Shown one piece after another: positions 15,447-31,416 of a stretch of 64,000 nt of DNA. The notes beneath the pieces were generated by a model that was not told the DNA's origin, did not search any database, and worked only from the letters and a program-made list of their open reading frames with translations. A program made the position numbers and the translations under genes. Source of the DNA: the human T2T-CHM13v2.0 reference genome, Homo sapiens; the NCBI RefSeq assembly GCF_009914755.1, contig NC_060948.1; one strand, given 5' to 3'. The stretch's first letter is position 1. The number at the start of each line of letters is the position of its first letter.

Positions 15447-16949
15447 AAACCACAAGGTCCTTTAAGGCCCAAAGGAGATCAACAGTTAGGTGGACATTAC
15501 CTAGTCTTTCAAAAATGTCTCTGTCTCTTCCTCAAATAAATTTCTTGGTAGGTTAATTTATAAACTTCTGGGTAGGTACAATATACAGTATTTTAGTTCA
15601 GATTTAGGTAAGAAGGTGATGAGTCAAGTATTACCAGTTAAGAAGTACAGTTGAAGATCTCTGTTCCTCCTTTTGGAACAGGGCAGTCATTTTCAGTCCA
15701 TTTATGAATATAAGATCCAAAGAAAATATTTTAATTTTTATTTTCAACTGATACTTTTCTTCCATCAACTAACAACTATTAAGTTCTTATTCTGTGCAAG
15801 GTACTATTAGGGATAGCGATACACAAAGTACTGTAAGACATGATTCGTGTCTTCAAAGAGATTATAGGAAATCTCAAAATTTGTATCACTACAAAGATCT
15901 CCATAATGTTAAAAAATTAATATCAAGCCCTACTCTTCCATATATTTTACGTAAATAATTTTTGATCTCATACTAAACAAACAATTTGTTTTTAAAGGAG
16001 ACCATCAACAGCACACAGCCAAGTCGGAAGATAGTCTAGAATTCATAACAGCTTCATTTACTATTCTATGCTTTTATAGTGACGTTTTATTACTGGGTAC
16101 TTAGAAGGGCCAAAAATATTACTTGGGGGCAGGAAATAAGAAGTTCTAAAGGAAATAGGAGGTTCTTTGTCACTTTTTCTTCTCTTTTGATTTTTCCATC
16201 TCAATCCTGTTTTAATTTATGCGATGTGAAAATCCTCCCTTTTTGGGGGTGATGGAGAAGATCAATAATGATAACTCACATTTAATGTTGACTCCTGCAC
16301 AGATGCTCCTGAGTGAGGGAGACATATTAGGGACTTTACCACAAAATGAATCATTTTAGAGTAAAGAGTCAGCCTTAATTCCACATGTAAGAAAATGCAG
16401 AACAGAGTCACGCAATTCTTTCAGTGTAATAAAGGGCCTTTGACATGTGTTCTTTGTGAACAAGCAAAAAAGCTAAAAATCAGACCAACAAAATATATCC
16501 ACTAATGGCTTATACATAGTCTAGTGGGTTGCTGGGAGTAGGGAGAAGAGATGGTGCTATTTTGGAGTACAAGGCAGCAGCAGAGAGGCAAAGCAAGACA
16601 GGATATACAAGTTGCACAGCATGGAGCTCACAATAACTTAACTAGCTGACAAAATGTTCCCAATCTTGCTCCCATATATTTAAATAATCATGCCCTAGTG
16701 TTACGAATGTTAAGTCTCAGAAATTCATTTAAGGGTAAGATATTATAAAGGTCCTTTAAGAAAATCATTCTGCAAACCTGTCCTAGAATTGGTTCAAGAG
16801 TTTAGTATTTTGCAATTAAATTTAACTTTAGCAATGGCTTACAAAAAGCAGAAATGAAAACCTATCTCTTTTTAATGTGAACAATTCCCCATTCACACTT
16901 TTTTTGTAGGCCACACAGGCTAGAAACATCAGTAAAGGTATAAGGGGCA

Positions 16950-17155
16950 GGTTTGTCACGGGGAGGGGAAGGGGCAACACTTACCACAAGAGCTTTTGAA
17001 AATATGTGGGGACACTGATTGTCACAATGATTGGAGGGTGCTATTGGCATTTCAAATGCCAGGCTCAGGGATGCTGAATGCTTGCTATTCTGGAAACAGA
17101 CCCACATAGTGAAGAACTACCCTGCCAAATGCTCATAGCACCTTGACGAGAAAAA
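16950..17155. mobile_element. MER20-like hAT-Charlie element
   Basis: ttgtcacaatgattggagggtgctattggcat...cagggatgctg motif. Confidence 0.55.
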
Positions 17156-19499
17156 AAAAATGCTTGAACTGATCAGAAGCACTAACAGGGTATATTATAT
17201 CTCTTTTGATTAGCTTAAAAGTAGCAAAAGGACTCTATATAGTGTCAGTTAAACACTGAATAAGTAGCTTTAAAACATATGATTTATCTGAAATTTTTGT
17301 TAAGACTATAAGTATTTAGTACAGTTAAGAGTTAGGGAGAATTAGGGAGATAGTTTCCTCAAATTCATCAGATATTACAATTTAAATATGTGCAGTAGTC
17401 CAGAAATTATATGTCAAGAAAGGTGTTTCAAAAACTTAAGGAGAAAGGTACGGAGGAGAAAGGTACAGAATTAATTTTAGAATAACTTTTAAAATAAATA
17501 AATCCATTTAGTTCTCAAAGATATCTGTGATAGTTAAGTTGTGCTTGTAATCTGTATGCCAGGCCAAACGTATTACTGCCTGGTAGCAACACACTTAAAT
17601 TTAAGCTCACAAGTTTGATAACGATCAGTTTCTTGAAAATGTAACCTATAACTTAAAGAAGGTTCAGAAATTCTATGTAAGTTTTTAAATTGTCATCAAC
17701 TTGATTTTTAAAAATATTTTGTTAGTTTTCTTTAAAGCCTATAAATGAGGCTGAATGGTCCACCAGGTGTTAAGAAAAATAATTATTTCCCACTTTTAGT
17801 TAACTGCAGAGTTTTAAGGAAAAGGCCCTATGAAAAGTGATCTATGCATGATTCATCTAGAAATTTAAATATTTCAACTAGTCTTCATAGTTGTGAATTT
17901 GCAGTTGATCCAGAAATAAAGCCTGCTCTGTTCATCTGGGTTTACTAAAAATACTCCCAAACTTAACATCTAACTTCTTTTTTTTTTTTTCAATAATAAC
18001 ATAGATCCTGGAAGAGTATATGAAAGACTCTTTCTGGTCAACAATGAACTGGCATGCACCCTTTTTGCTTTGCAGATACTTCTGACATATGCAATGTAAA
18101 TGTTTATTCATTTATTAGTTGTCTATGTGCCATCTATATACAGTTTATCTTCACGTTCTCAGGTAAACATACTTTAAAATAGTTGAAGATGCAAGATGCC
18201 ATTGTACTACTAGGTTTACCCTCTCATTTCCTTTATCCTCAACTTATTTTCTTTGTGTCATCTGAATCCTCCAGATATCTAACTTTTCCTTTTTATGCCT
18301 TTCACATTTCCACTGGAGATCACTTTGTCCCCTTCATTAAGGTTCTGTCAGGAGAGATTTAAGATTTGGTTCTAGCTAAAAAATATGGCAGTAGCTCTGA
18401 AGATGACATAAAAGCTTTTCCCTATGCCTAAGATTTCAAATATATGTATACATTTGAAAGAAAAAACAGGGAGAGCATTATTTTTTTGTCCAGATTATTT
18501 TTGCTCATTGTAGGTAAAAAACAATCTGTGCATATATGTAAAAAACAAAAACAAAAACAAAAAAAACAAAACGAAAAAGAAAACCTTTCAGTCCCTACAT
18601 AATAACTCAGAAATAAAGTTTCTTCAGCCAGCTATGGGGATGGGGGAAACAATTCCCAGGGTACAGATGTTAGTGGTCCTGTCAACTCTGTCATTCTCAC
18701 ATTGCAATGCCAATGCAATCCCACATAAACACAATTATGCTGAGGCAAACACTGTTGCAGAGTATGAGAACTACATATGCACTGTTCTAAGAAACACAAC
18801 TTGTGAGGTTCTTGAGGCATGGCAAGGTTTGTGGCAAACAGGACCAATGTGAGAATCAAATTTATTGGATTCCTAGAGTCTACTGCTTAGCATGCAATAC
18901 AGTAAACAACTAAGCTCCATGATGACTGAATTGACTGGCATACAACAACCACAAATTGTTCTCTTTGAGCACAAAGGGCATGTAAGAGCTAACAGATGAG
19001 TGTCCCAGGCATGGTTCTGCGTAGTTTGTATGATACTGTATATGATGTTACTAACTAGGCTGGTCAGTTTGGGTGGTGATAACAGTGTGTTACTGGAGTT
19101 AAAGTTACAGAGTCAATCTCTATATGCTTAGTTAGCACCATATTAAAACAAAACAAAATTTTTTCCATGCCACAGACTATTAGTGACCTAGCTATCTTAC
19201 GGATACATGCTGTTGGTCATAATACAGACTGAGAGTGTCCAAAACCCATCATTACAACTGGAATTAAAATAACTGGAATCAAAGATCAAAGCTGGTCCAC
19301 ACAGAAGGATGAGCACGAAGTCAAAGGTCCAGTCCTTAAAACCTATACCACCTAGGTATAATCAGATGTCTTTTTCTAGTGCTGTTTGTAGGAAGTATTC
19401 AGACTTTATTTTGGTTTTTCTTAGCCTCAGTTCTTAGCCTCTTTTTGTTGTTACTAAACAAGTTGGAGGCGAAACAATCTAGTGTAGATTCTGGTTTCC

Positions 19500-20480
19500 T
19501 TCTTTTTATTTTCTGAAACAGTTTATGTAAGACAAGTATTATTATACTTGTTCCTTGACAGTTTGATAGAATTCATCCCCCAAATTACTCTAGGCCTGGT
19601 GTTTTTGGCAGGAGGTTGGGGAGGTGGTGGTTAAGTATGATTAAATTTCTTTAAAGGTTATGGGACTTCTTTGTTTTGCCATTTCTTCCTAAGTCATTGT
19701 GATATTTTATATTTTCCCAGAAGTGTCCACTTAAACTAAGTTTTCAAGCTTATTGTCATAAAGTTGCTCAAAATAATCTTATATTTTAAATATGTTTATC
19801 TTAATTTTGTCCCTATTTCTCTTCCTAATACTATTTGTTTACACCTATAGTTTTTCTCTAGATCAGCTTTTCAAAGGTTTACTGCATTTTACCCTCCCTG
19901 ATGGGGCTCAGTGTGCGCAGCTGGAAAAAGTAGATGCCCTGGTTATGCATGCAGCTCATTTGTTGTACATGTTGCTTTAAGGGACCTTGAAGACTCTTCC
20001 CTCTCCCTATTGTTGCCAAAATAACTGCCTCTGATCTGTTTTTGTTTGCATCCCAGGCCCCAGACTAGCATGTAAGATGCCTTTGAGAAGTCCTAGAACA
20101 CTGCAGTCAAGGTGGACGTTGGAAAATAAAAAGGCTTATTGAATTTTCTATCTTTTCAAAGAATCAGCTCCTGGTATTAACACTATTTCTACTGCTATTC
20201 TGTTTTCTGTTCATTAATTTCTGCTTTTATCTTTATTTTATTTCATTCCTTCTACTTACTTTGGGCTTACTCTGTTTTCAACTTCTTGAGTTGAAAGATT
20301 AACTCATTTATTTTCACTTTTTCTAATTTTTTAACCTTAAACATGTATTTAAGGTTATAGTTTTCTCTCTTTAGCTACTTTACAAGATCTAATGTGGAGT
20401 AATTTCATTGTCGTTCAGCTCTAAATATTTTGTAATTCTCATTATAATTACCTCCTTACCCATGCAGTATCTACAAGGAA
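19500..20480 (-). mobile_element. Old L1M fragment
   Basis: T-rich antisense L1 ORF2-like sequence (tcttttcaaagaatcagct). Confidence 0.65.
19891..20129 (+). other. Unidentified 239-bp retroposed-like insert within L1M
   Basis: Flanked by 15/18-identical direct repeats (19873-19890, 20130-20147); A-rich 3' end. Confidence 0.6.
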
Positions 20481-21305
20481 GTTTATCAGAAGTATTCTTT
20501 TCTTCTTCAGCTAACTTTTTGTTGCCATTACAAAAAAACTATAACCCCTCCATAATCTCAATTCTGTATCTCCACATCCTATTTTTCCAGCTTATTCTTT
20601 CTACTAGGGTGATCCTGAACTACTGTGCATTGTTCAACCTCATGGAATCTCCACTGACTCTCATGCTCTTGATGTCCCTTCACTCTCCTCTTTATCGAGA
20701 TTACATTCCATGATTTATCATTATTATCATCACTCTCCCCTCTCTCCCTTTATAGTGCTTGGCAAAACTACAACCTTGTTTAAATCCAATTTTCTGCCTA
20801 CTCCACACCTGCACCTGTGCAACTAAATGTGGCTGGAAAAAAACATACAACCATGCTCATTGGTCTCAATTTAAATTCATTACTTTGAACCTTTAGTGGA
20901 CTCTAATGCACACAAAGATACTTCCCTAGTCCATTTACTTTCCTAGATAAATACTTTACCCCTTTCCCTTTTAACTCAAACACCCAACACTTCCTTCCTC
21001 GTGTTCTTTCTTGGCTGCTGGTCTTGCTTTCTACTTCACTAAGAAAATTGAAGCAATCAGAAAAGAACTTCCACAAACTATTACCACATTTAACCACCCT
21101 TTACCATCTTCTCACTTGTTACCATTGATGAACCTAACGTGCTTCTATTTGAAGTCAAATCCTTCAACTTGTACTCTAGACCCTACTCAAGGACCTCATT
21201 ACAGCAGTTCTCCATTCTTCCTCCCACATCATCTTTTTGTTGTTGTTGTTCTCCATTGGTATCATTCTCACAAGCAAACATGTAGCTTAAAAAACACCCT
21301 TTTCT

Positions 21306-21700
<395 letters not shown>

Positions 21701-22114
21701 TCAATGTTTTCAACTCCTCTCTTCTCAATGTGGCTTAAAATTACTTCAGTCAGGCTTTCTGTCCCACTATTCTAACAAAACCACTCTTATCAAGGTCTTA
21801 ATGTTATCAAAATCAATGGTCAGTTCTTAGTCTTCATCTTATATGACCCTAACAGCAACATTTAACACTGTTGACAACTACCTCTTTCTTGATACATTTT
21901 TTTTTTTTCACTCACACTGGAAAGGACACAAGATACTTCTTGGGCCCTCTTCCCTTTTCTGTATTTTCTTTCTGTTATCTGATACAGTCTTATAGCTCTA
22001 AATATCATCTAAATACTCTACAGCATTTTGGCAGATCTGTTTAACCAAACTGCCAAAATTTCCAGTTGGAAATCTAACAGTTATCTCAAACCAACATATC
22101 TAAAACTGGATTCT

Positions 22115-22418
22115 GGCCACGTGTGGTGGCTCACACCTGTAATCCCAGCACTTTGGGAAGCCAAGGTGGGCAGATCACTTGAGGTCAGGAGAGTTCTAGA
22201 CCAGCCTGGGTAACACGGTGAAACCCCAACTCTACTAAAAATACAAAAATTAGCTGGGTGTGGTGGCAGACACCTGTAATCCCAGTTACTCAGGAGGCAG
22301 AGGCAGGAGAATCACTTTGAACCCAGGAGGCAGAGGTTGCAGTGAGCCAAGATCGAGTCACTGCACTCCAACCTGGGTGAGAGAGCGAGACCCTGTCCAA
22401 AAAATAAAAAAAAAAAAA
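22115..22418 (+). mobile_element. AluS
   Basis: Dimer with A tail; TSD aaaa(c/t)tggattc. Confidence 0.94.
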
Positions 22419-22429
22419 TTGGATTCCTA

Positions 22430-22941
22430 AGAAGTCATTATATGAAAAAAATACTTCCACGTGCATGTTTACAGCAGCACAATCTGCAATTGCAAAAATT
22501 TGGAACAAGCCCAAATGCCCATCAGTCAATGAGTGGATAAAGAAATTGTGGTATATATATATACACCATGGAATACTACTCAGCCATAAAAAGGAATGAA
22601 ATAATGGCATTTGCAGTGACTTGGATGGAATTGGAGACCATTATTCTAAGTGAAGTAACTCAGGAACTGAAAACCAAACATTGTATGTTCTCACTCATAA
22701 GAAGGAGCTAAGCTATCAGGATGAAAAGGTGTAAGAATGACACAGTGGACTTTGGGGACTCAGGGGAAAGTATGAGAGGGTGGTAAGGGATAAAAGACTA
22801 CACATTGGGTACAGTGTACACTGCTTGGATGATGGGAGCACCAAAATCTCAGAAATCACAGTAAAGAACTTATTCATATAACCAGATTACCTGTTCCCCC
22901 AAAATCTATGGAAAAAAAAATTAAATAAATAAATAAATAAG
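22430..22941 (+). mobile_element. L1PB 3' end (5'-truncated)
   Basis: L1PB 3' UTR (ggataaaagactacacattgggtacagtg), (AAAT)n tail, TSD attgg(a/c)ttccta. Confidence 0.88.
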
Positions 22942-23289
22942 ATTGGCTTCCTAGTTTTCTTCCCCAACCTGCTTCATTTGTAGCCTCCCCCATGTCAGTT
23001 GATGGAAACTCTATCCTATCAGTTGCTTAGGTCAAAAACCTTGGAATCATCTACAATTCCTCCCTCTTTCTGTCACACCCCACAAGCCCTTCCAGGAAAT
23101 GTTGGCTCTACCTTCAAATATATCCAGAATCTTACCAACTTTCAACAACTGTATTGCTACCATGTGATCCAAGCCCCTATCATCATTTCTTGCCTGGATT
23201 ACTGAAATAGCTGCTCAGCTGCTACCTTTGTCTGAAGTCTAATCTCAACACAGCAGCTTGAATGATTCTTTTAAAACTTAAGTCAGATC

Positions 23290-23595
<306 letters not shown>

Positions 23596-24179
23596 TCAGA
23601 TCACATCACTCCTCTACTCAAAATCCTGCAATGGCACCTCATTTTGTGCATAGTAAATGACAAAGGCCTATGACGCTCTACATTCAGATGATCTGATTCT
23701 CTTTCCTGCTACTCTCACCTGTCATTTATTTCATGTGTCAGTACTTTCCCACCATATGGCCTTTGCTCTAGCTGTAACCTCTTGCTAGAGGACCTCACTA
23801 CACTACATCTGAAGAAATGTTCTTCCTTCAGATATCTTTGTGGCTAACTTCTTCTGCTTCTTTAAATCTCAACCTGTCAATAAGATATACTCAGACCCAC
23901 TGTTTGTATTACAACCTGTACTTTCTCCATCCAATCCTCTTTATTCAATTCTCCTTTTTAGTTTTTTTTCCAAACTGCATCAGTGTCTAACATATTATAT
24001 ACTTTATTATGTTTGTTGTTTATTGTCTGCCTTTTCGTCTTACTCCCTGCTAGAATGTACACTTCAACAGGTCAGGATTATTGTCTATACTGTTGACTAA
24101 AGGATTCCAAGAGCCTCGAACAATATCTGGCAAATATTGGACAAATACGTATTTGTTGAATGAATAAGTGAATGTTGAT

Positions 24180-25960
24180 TTTTCATTTAGCATGGTCACA
24201 ATACACATGCCCTATGTGTGCTATATATCTGTTAGATTAAGCTGGTTAATTATGTTGTTCAAATCCTTTATGTTCTTGAGTATTTTTGACTGTTTGATAT
24301 ACTGGTTTCTAAGAGAGGTGTGTTAAAATCTGCAACACTGACTGTGGATAGGCTATTTCTTGATAATTCTGTCGGTTTTGTTTTATATATTTTGAGAGTA
24401 TATTTTCAGTATCTAGAGTCATTTTATATCATCTTCGTGGATTGTTACCTATTTATAAGCGAGACATATATTTCTGTCATTTGATGTTTTTAGGCAAAAA
24501 CATGTTCATGTTTCAAATGATGTTCATGCTGCCACCTTTCACTAGGTGGTAATCAAGAGAAAATTTTTCCTGTCCTATACTTGTATTTTTTTATCTTTCA
24601 GTGTTACTTTTAAAACAGCATATGGAAGGATAATCTATCTCTCTGGCTTTGTAGATTAATTTATATTATGATTACTTACATGTTTTATTTTGTATTTCCT
24701 ATTTCCATGTTTTTCCTTTGCTTCTTTTTATCTTCTTTCCTGCCCTCTATTGAATGGAGTGATAGCATTTAAAATATTACCTATCTTTTCTCTTTCCCCT
24801 ACTGATTAAGGACTTGTACCTTCTATTTCTATATTTCTATTACTGTACTGGATACCCTTATATTTAACATACTTATTTAAATATATATTTTTTAAAAGTC
24901 TATAACATTAATCTGTATCTTTTCTACTCAAAACAAGGACTTCAGCACACATTTACATCTTTAATACCATATTATTATTGCTAAGATTTAGTTCTAGCTT
25001 TTGAAGCATATTAGCTTTATCTCATATTTTAACACTCTTTGCTTTTGTATTCCACTTCTTTCTGCATTTATTTTTGTCTTTGCTGAAGAACATCCTTTAG
25101 TTCTCTTGTCACCAAGAGTTTGTGAGTTGAAAACTTAGCTTTGTGTATCTGAAGATGCGTTTATTTTGCTCCCACTCTGTATATAAACCACTGTATGAAA
25201 CTGTAAGCTCACAGTTATTTGTCTACAGCACTTTGAAGATACTAGTCAGTTTTCTGGTATCTACTGTTGCCAAAGCCTACTGCCAGTTTGACTACCATTC
25301 CATTATTCAGAATTTTTTGTTATACTTGTATTCAGAATTTCAGATTTTCTCTTTATCATTAATTTCCTATGATTTTATTATCATGTATGTAGTTGTGGAT
25401 TTATCTATCCTGTGTTACATGTGGCAGCATTTTCTATTTTGAAGACTCAGCTTCATTTCTGAAAAAATTCTTAGCTGCAGTTATTGTTATTATTATTGCC
25501 ACTTTTTTATTCATTCTTTTTTCTCCTTTGTAACTCCTAGCAGATGTATGTTGGAGCTCCTCAGGTCATCTTTCATGTCCATCTTTCTCTTTCATTTTCT
25601 TCTAACTCTCTCTAAACTGCATTCTGAAAGATTTTCTCAGTTCTTTTTCCTAATTCTCTAATTTTCTCTTAAGCTATAGAAAGTATGTGCAGTCTAACTG
25701 TTCTTTTACTTCAATATTGTATTTTTACATTTCAATATAATATTTTTCACTTCAAGATGTCTAAATGCTTCTTTCTCACAGCTTTCTCTTCTTGTTTCAT
25801 TATCTATTCTTCATTCTGTAAAATGTAATTTCTTCTGAACATATATTGATAATTTTAACTTATTTTTAAACTCTCATCAGATTGTTCTTCTTTTCTCAGG
25901 TATAAATTCTCTAATTTGTTGGGTTCTCTTGACTGCTTTTTCATGATCTTAGGTTTTACT
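24180..25960 (-). mobile_element. Old L1M(E) remnant
   Basis: T-rich degenerate antisense L1 (gagaggtgtgttaaaatct...). Confidence 0.55.
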
Positions 25961-27724
25961 GGGTTCTTTGTAATGTTTTGGGGGCTCAATTTTTATGATA
26001 ACTAAAAAATGTAAGTACCTGTATCTACAGGGCAGTTTTAAGTTGCCTCAGCTTAAATCTGATAATGTGCCAACCTTGAACCAGACCTTAAGTTGGTAGC
26101 TCTGGGCCTTCTTTCCTCCTAGGTAGCCCAGTTCTGAATTTTTAGCCCAAAAGTATTTTGGGTCCAAGTTCTATCTTGAGTGGTTTCCTGCGCTTGCTTG
26201 TGACTGCCAATTATTCTTTACTTCCGCTCAGGAACAAGCAGCATATTCCTGGCTGTGACACTGCTGGGATAAGTTAGATTAACCCAGCTCCTATTTGTAT
26301 TGTGCTCTTGGGTCCTGGGTTCATGCACAGACAGGATCATTGCAAAAAAACCTGGTCCCAATTGCCCATATCCATTCATAGCACCCCCCGATCCCCTACC
26401 ATCACAGTGGCTTTTCTATTACTGGCCAAAAGACACTTTCCTTTCTTATTTTTAAGAATAACTATGTATTTTTAAAAAACTTTAAAAATATTTATGCATA
26501 ATTTCTCTGTTTTTGAATGAGAGGAATAAGATTCAGGAGTATTCACTCTGCCACCCTGACCTAGAAGTCCCAGAGTAGCTTTCACTTTTGAAATAACAGC
26601 AGTTCAATTTTCCTGACCTCACCAGTCTGTAAACATTAGCATATATACCCAAAGTGCAAACTTGAATAAGCTGTAGTAGAGACAAATTTCCATTATTTGG
26701 AATTTGTTTACATTGAAATAAATAATAGATGTACTAGGAAATCAGAAATGGAAGGAAGATGACTTTTAAAAGGTTAAGAAACTTGGGACAGCAGCAGACT
26801 TTACTGTAAAGCTTATGTACAAACTCCATCACTGCTTCCCATAAATGGAATCAGACTGAGCAAAGAAGAGGGTACTTTCCACAGCACCAGGAAGAGCCAC
26901 TGCAGCCAGCAGAGTCCTGTAATAAGTACCAACCTGCACTCCTGCACCTGGAAGACAGCCATCAGCTTAGTGGAAAGAATGCTGGACTGGGAATTCAGAA
27001 ATGTTCTAGTTCATTTTCTACCACTTAGTCATTGTACAGCTTAGGCTAAGCCAGGCTCTCTTTTGGGCCCCAGGTTTTCCATCTGTAAAATAAGAGAGTT
27101 GGGCTAGAACAACTTCTGATGTACCTTCCAGAAATAATTTTCTATGACCTTAACAGTTTGGTACTTTATAAGTAGGTTGAGTCCTCCATTCTTCAGCTTG
27201 CTCAGTAATAATCTGCCAGGTAAAAGAAGAAAATCATGTGTTTCTGAAATCAGTTTTCAAATCAAATGAAAGAATCACTAGATGCATATTTTTGTTTGAT
27301 CACCACTCTACAAAGGAACAGCCTGGTAGCTGGGTGAAGTTTCTGTGTGGGTGTACACACAATCTAAATTTTAAATAGAAAAAGCAAACCAACCCAGACC
27401 AAAACAAAAACCCTCCATACAAGTCCCAGACACAACAAATGGTAAGAGTTCTTTTCTACAAACATGTCTGTTTCTAAGAGCTGAGAAGACCAAAAAAGAA
27501 AAAAATGTATCAAAATGACCAGATATAAGTGTAGATAAAGAAAAAACTAAGGAGCATGCAGCAAAGTTACAGGATATGAGAGATTTGACTCTGCACACTG
27601 CAAAGTCTGTACAATTAGAAATTTCATGCTAACAGAAATGTAGGGAAGACAATGAGAAAAGAAAGGATAAAATTGGAGTTCCACTAGATGGAAGTTAAGA
27701 GTGGATTAAGAATTTTTAAATTGA

Positions 27725-28033
27725 GGCCAGGCACAGTGGTTCACGCCTGTAATCCCAGCACTTTGGGAGGCAGAGGCGGGCGGATCACTTGAGGCCAGGA
27801 GCTTGAGATCAGCCTGGCCAACAGAGCAAAACCCCATCTTTACTAAAAATACAGAAAAAAAAATTTAGCTGGGTGTAGTGGTGAACACCTATACTCCCAG
27901 CTACTCAGGAGGTGGAGGCATGAGAATCGCTTGAACTCTAGAGGCGGAGACTGAAGTGAGCCAAGATCATAGAACTGCACTCCAGCCTGGGTGACAGAGT
28001 GAGACCCTGTCTCAAAAGAAAAAGAAAAAAAAA
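27725..28033 (+). mobile_element. Alu (S/J)
   Basis: Full dimer with A-rich tail. Confidence 0.92.
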
Positions 28034-29357
28034 TTTAAAATTGGGTTGAAGTGGCAAGGAAAACTCAAGATTAAATCTCAGAGCTTTCTAGAGCCTTGAC
28101 TATCAACCACAATAAAAATTTATATGAATTGTTTAATTTCACCACAATGCAGTAAAAAACCAAACTGATTCAGATTTTATAGGTCTGAAGGATGGAAAGT
28201 TGGCACACAACTAGCCATAATCCCGAGTCTTCAAATAACATACTAAAGACATACTGTTTTCAAAAAAAACAACAAAAAGCATCTTATCATCTACATTGCT
28301 ATTTGTGAGGCACAGTGTATTGCATCGACACTGCTACGTATGTATAGACAGACTATATTAAGGGTGAGTGTCCAGCAGATTTCTATCCACTATTGCATAC
28401 TTCCACCACAGCTGAAATAGCCAATCAGTCAAAAGAGAGGGATAAAGTTCTCTGACAAAATTCCCACTCAGTTCACGAAATAGCCACTGAGCAGTCTTCA
28501 CTTTCATGCAAACTTTTTGTAAGTGTGTTACTAAAGCATCAAGGGGGGAAAAATTACACAAATAACAAGGCCTCATTAAAGAGAATTTGGGAAATAAAGA
28601 AAAGCAGAAAAAAAGTCACGCTTAGTCTCATCACAGAAATACAGCCACTGCTAACACTTTGCTCACTTTCTCCCTGGTCTCTTTACCTGGGCCTGCTACA
28701 TCCTTATGGTTGTAATCATATGATATATACAATTGTGTATCTAGTTCATTTAGTAATACTATACTGTAAGCATTTATCCAAGTTATTATACTATCTTTGT
28801 AACTCACTTTTAAATGGCTGCCTTATAATCCACTCTATTTTAAGGAAACACCCCTAAATGTTGGTGGGGAATGGTAAAGCAAACTATGATTCACAGTGTT
28901 CCATTAGACGGATAAATCATAGTTTACTTAACTGCTGCGAGAATACTGCACAGTAGGCTGTTTCCAATATTTCCGCTATTATAAATAGCTAAACCAGCTA
29001 AATCTGTTTTGTTCAATAGTGCCTAATAGCCTTCCATATAGTAGGTACTCAAGTATTTGTAGAATGAATATTTACAGGGCTGCCTATATAGAACATACCT
29101 TTTGATAACAATTTTTGTGCATAAAATCCCCCTCCTTCCCATATTTAGAACTGTTTCCCAGAGATACATTTTCATAGGGTGCTATTCTGGGTCAATTTTG
29201 GACTTTTGTCAATCTAGCCATTTGCTCCTCAGAAAATAATGACTAATTTGCATTCCCAACAGTAAAATATGGGAAGGCCCGTTTCACCACATTCTTAGCT
29301 AAATTGGGCATTATCTTTTCAAAGTCTTTGCCTATCATGATTGCTAAAAAAATATTA

Positions 29358-29733
<376 letters not shown>

Positions 29734-31416
29734 CTATTTTGAAATAGCTTTCTAATAATCACAATCTAAATCTACTTTATTCCTGAAAGGTCAGTTGTGG
29801 GTTGCAGTAACAACAAAAGCCCCAATATTTTTAGGAAATAAATTCTGGAAGGAACTTAAGGAACTAACGTAAATACATTGCTGAGAACAGTTTATTCACA
29901 GAGCAAGTCTGGAACACTGTAATGTGCTTTTACTAATGGTAAAGTTGGAGGCTAGAGTTCTCAGTTCCTCATTCTTTCTTCATATTTATCTGTTATATAG
30001 TTTTGTTTTTTTTGTGATATTTGTCTGTGGGTGCTGCTGTAATTTGCGAGGGGAGAGCTGGGAGGAAAAGATTCCTTTAATACTTCTTCTAAAACTTTTC
30101 TTTTAGGAAATCATTCTAGATTAACCCAGAAACTCTTAAGAGCTGTTTTCCACAACTGTACTCTGTAAAAACTTCTTTAGCCCAGATAATCTTGGGGTGA
30201 CTTAGCAGAACTTTGTTAACCCTGAATTAGACTTTCTCTCTGAAAATATTTTGTAAACAAGTAAGCTAGACACAGAAAAGGCAGAAGCATATTCAGAGAA
30301 AAAATGTAGGTCTGGGCAACATTACCAGTAATGAGAACCTGATGAAAACTGACAATCACACCTCACTAACTAATCCAATAACTAGCTCTTTTCATAACTG
30401 TCAGCATAACATGTGGAAAATGCTCCTCTGCAGCAGAAGTATAATTGCCTTTCATTCCTTCGAGATGCTCTTGCAGGAGTAGGCAAGAATGTTGATCTGC
30501 CATCTATTCTTAACAAGGAGAGAAAGCAGAAATGTGGACTAAGGATTGTTAGGGGAAAGCAATTTAGATGGAATCAGGTACTACAATGTGCCAAATGATA
30601 TGATGATTAGATCTGTTTGAACCCTGTTTAAGCCTTTATGAGGATTTTTTTTTAATGGCAAACTATCTTGGAGCTCTGCCCACAAGGCAAATGGCTACTA
30701 ACCAAAGACTATTTATTTGCAGAAAATCCATCAAAGTCGTTACATGCAGATGAGTCACAAAGAGAAGATATCATCCTTTCATGATCCCCAGCCCCACTTC
30801 ACCAAACTGCTCTCACAAGTCAGCAACATCTCCTTACTGGCAAACCTATGATGGCTCTCAAACTACTGGATGTGATTACAGAGGACTATTGGTAGCTATA
30901 ATTTATCTTTCCAACCCTTTATCTCTTTCTCTTCTTTTGATAACAGAATCCGTATTTCCTGTGGGGAATCTATTCCACTTAGCTGACCCTCTCCTAACCC
31001 TACCCCTATAACAAGTGGTAGCTGCTGCTCTTGTTTCTTCTTCATCACTATGACCAGCACTACCACTATTGTTATCATTATGATCATCATGGCGGCTAAG
31101 ATTTATTGATAATTTACTATGTGCCAGACACTGTTCTGTCCACTTTATATGTATTATCTCATTTAAAGAAATGACCTATGTGATAAGTACTATGATTTCT
31201 CTCATTTTAAAGTTGAGGAAACTGAGACACAGGGAGTATATAATTTGGCAAGGTTACACAGTAAGTAGCAGAGGAGGGACTTGAATTAAACTTGGTTTCA
31301 GGGTTCAGGCTTCACTGCCTCTCTCGCTAAATCTCATCTAATTTCTGGCTATAGAAATTGGTTCAGGGAAGTTCATCTGATGCAGGAAAGGTCAATCGGA
31401 TATACCAACACTACGA

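Noticed and set aside
17330-17470. Short tandem duplications (ttagggaga x2, ggagaaaggtac x2); similar ones near 57135 and 57900
   Set aside because: Ordinary slippage duplications; not telomeric or CRISPR-like arrays.
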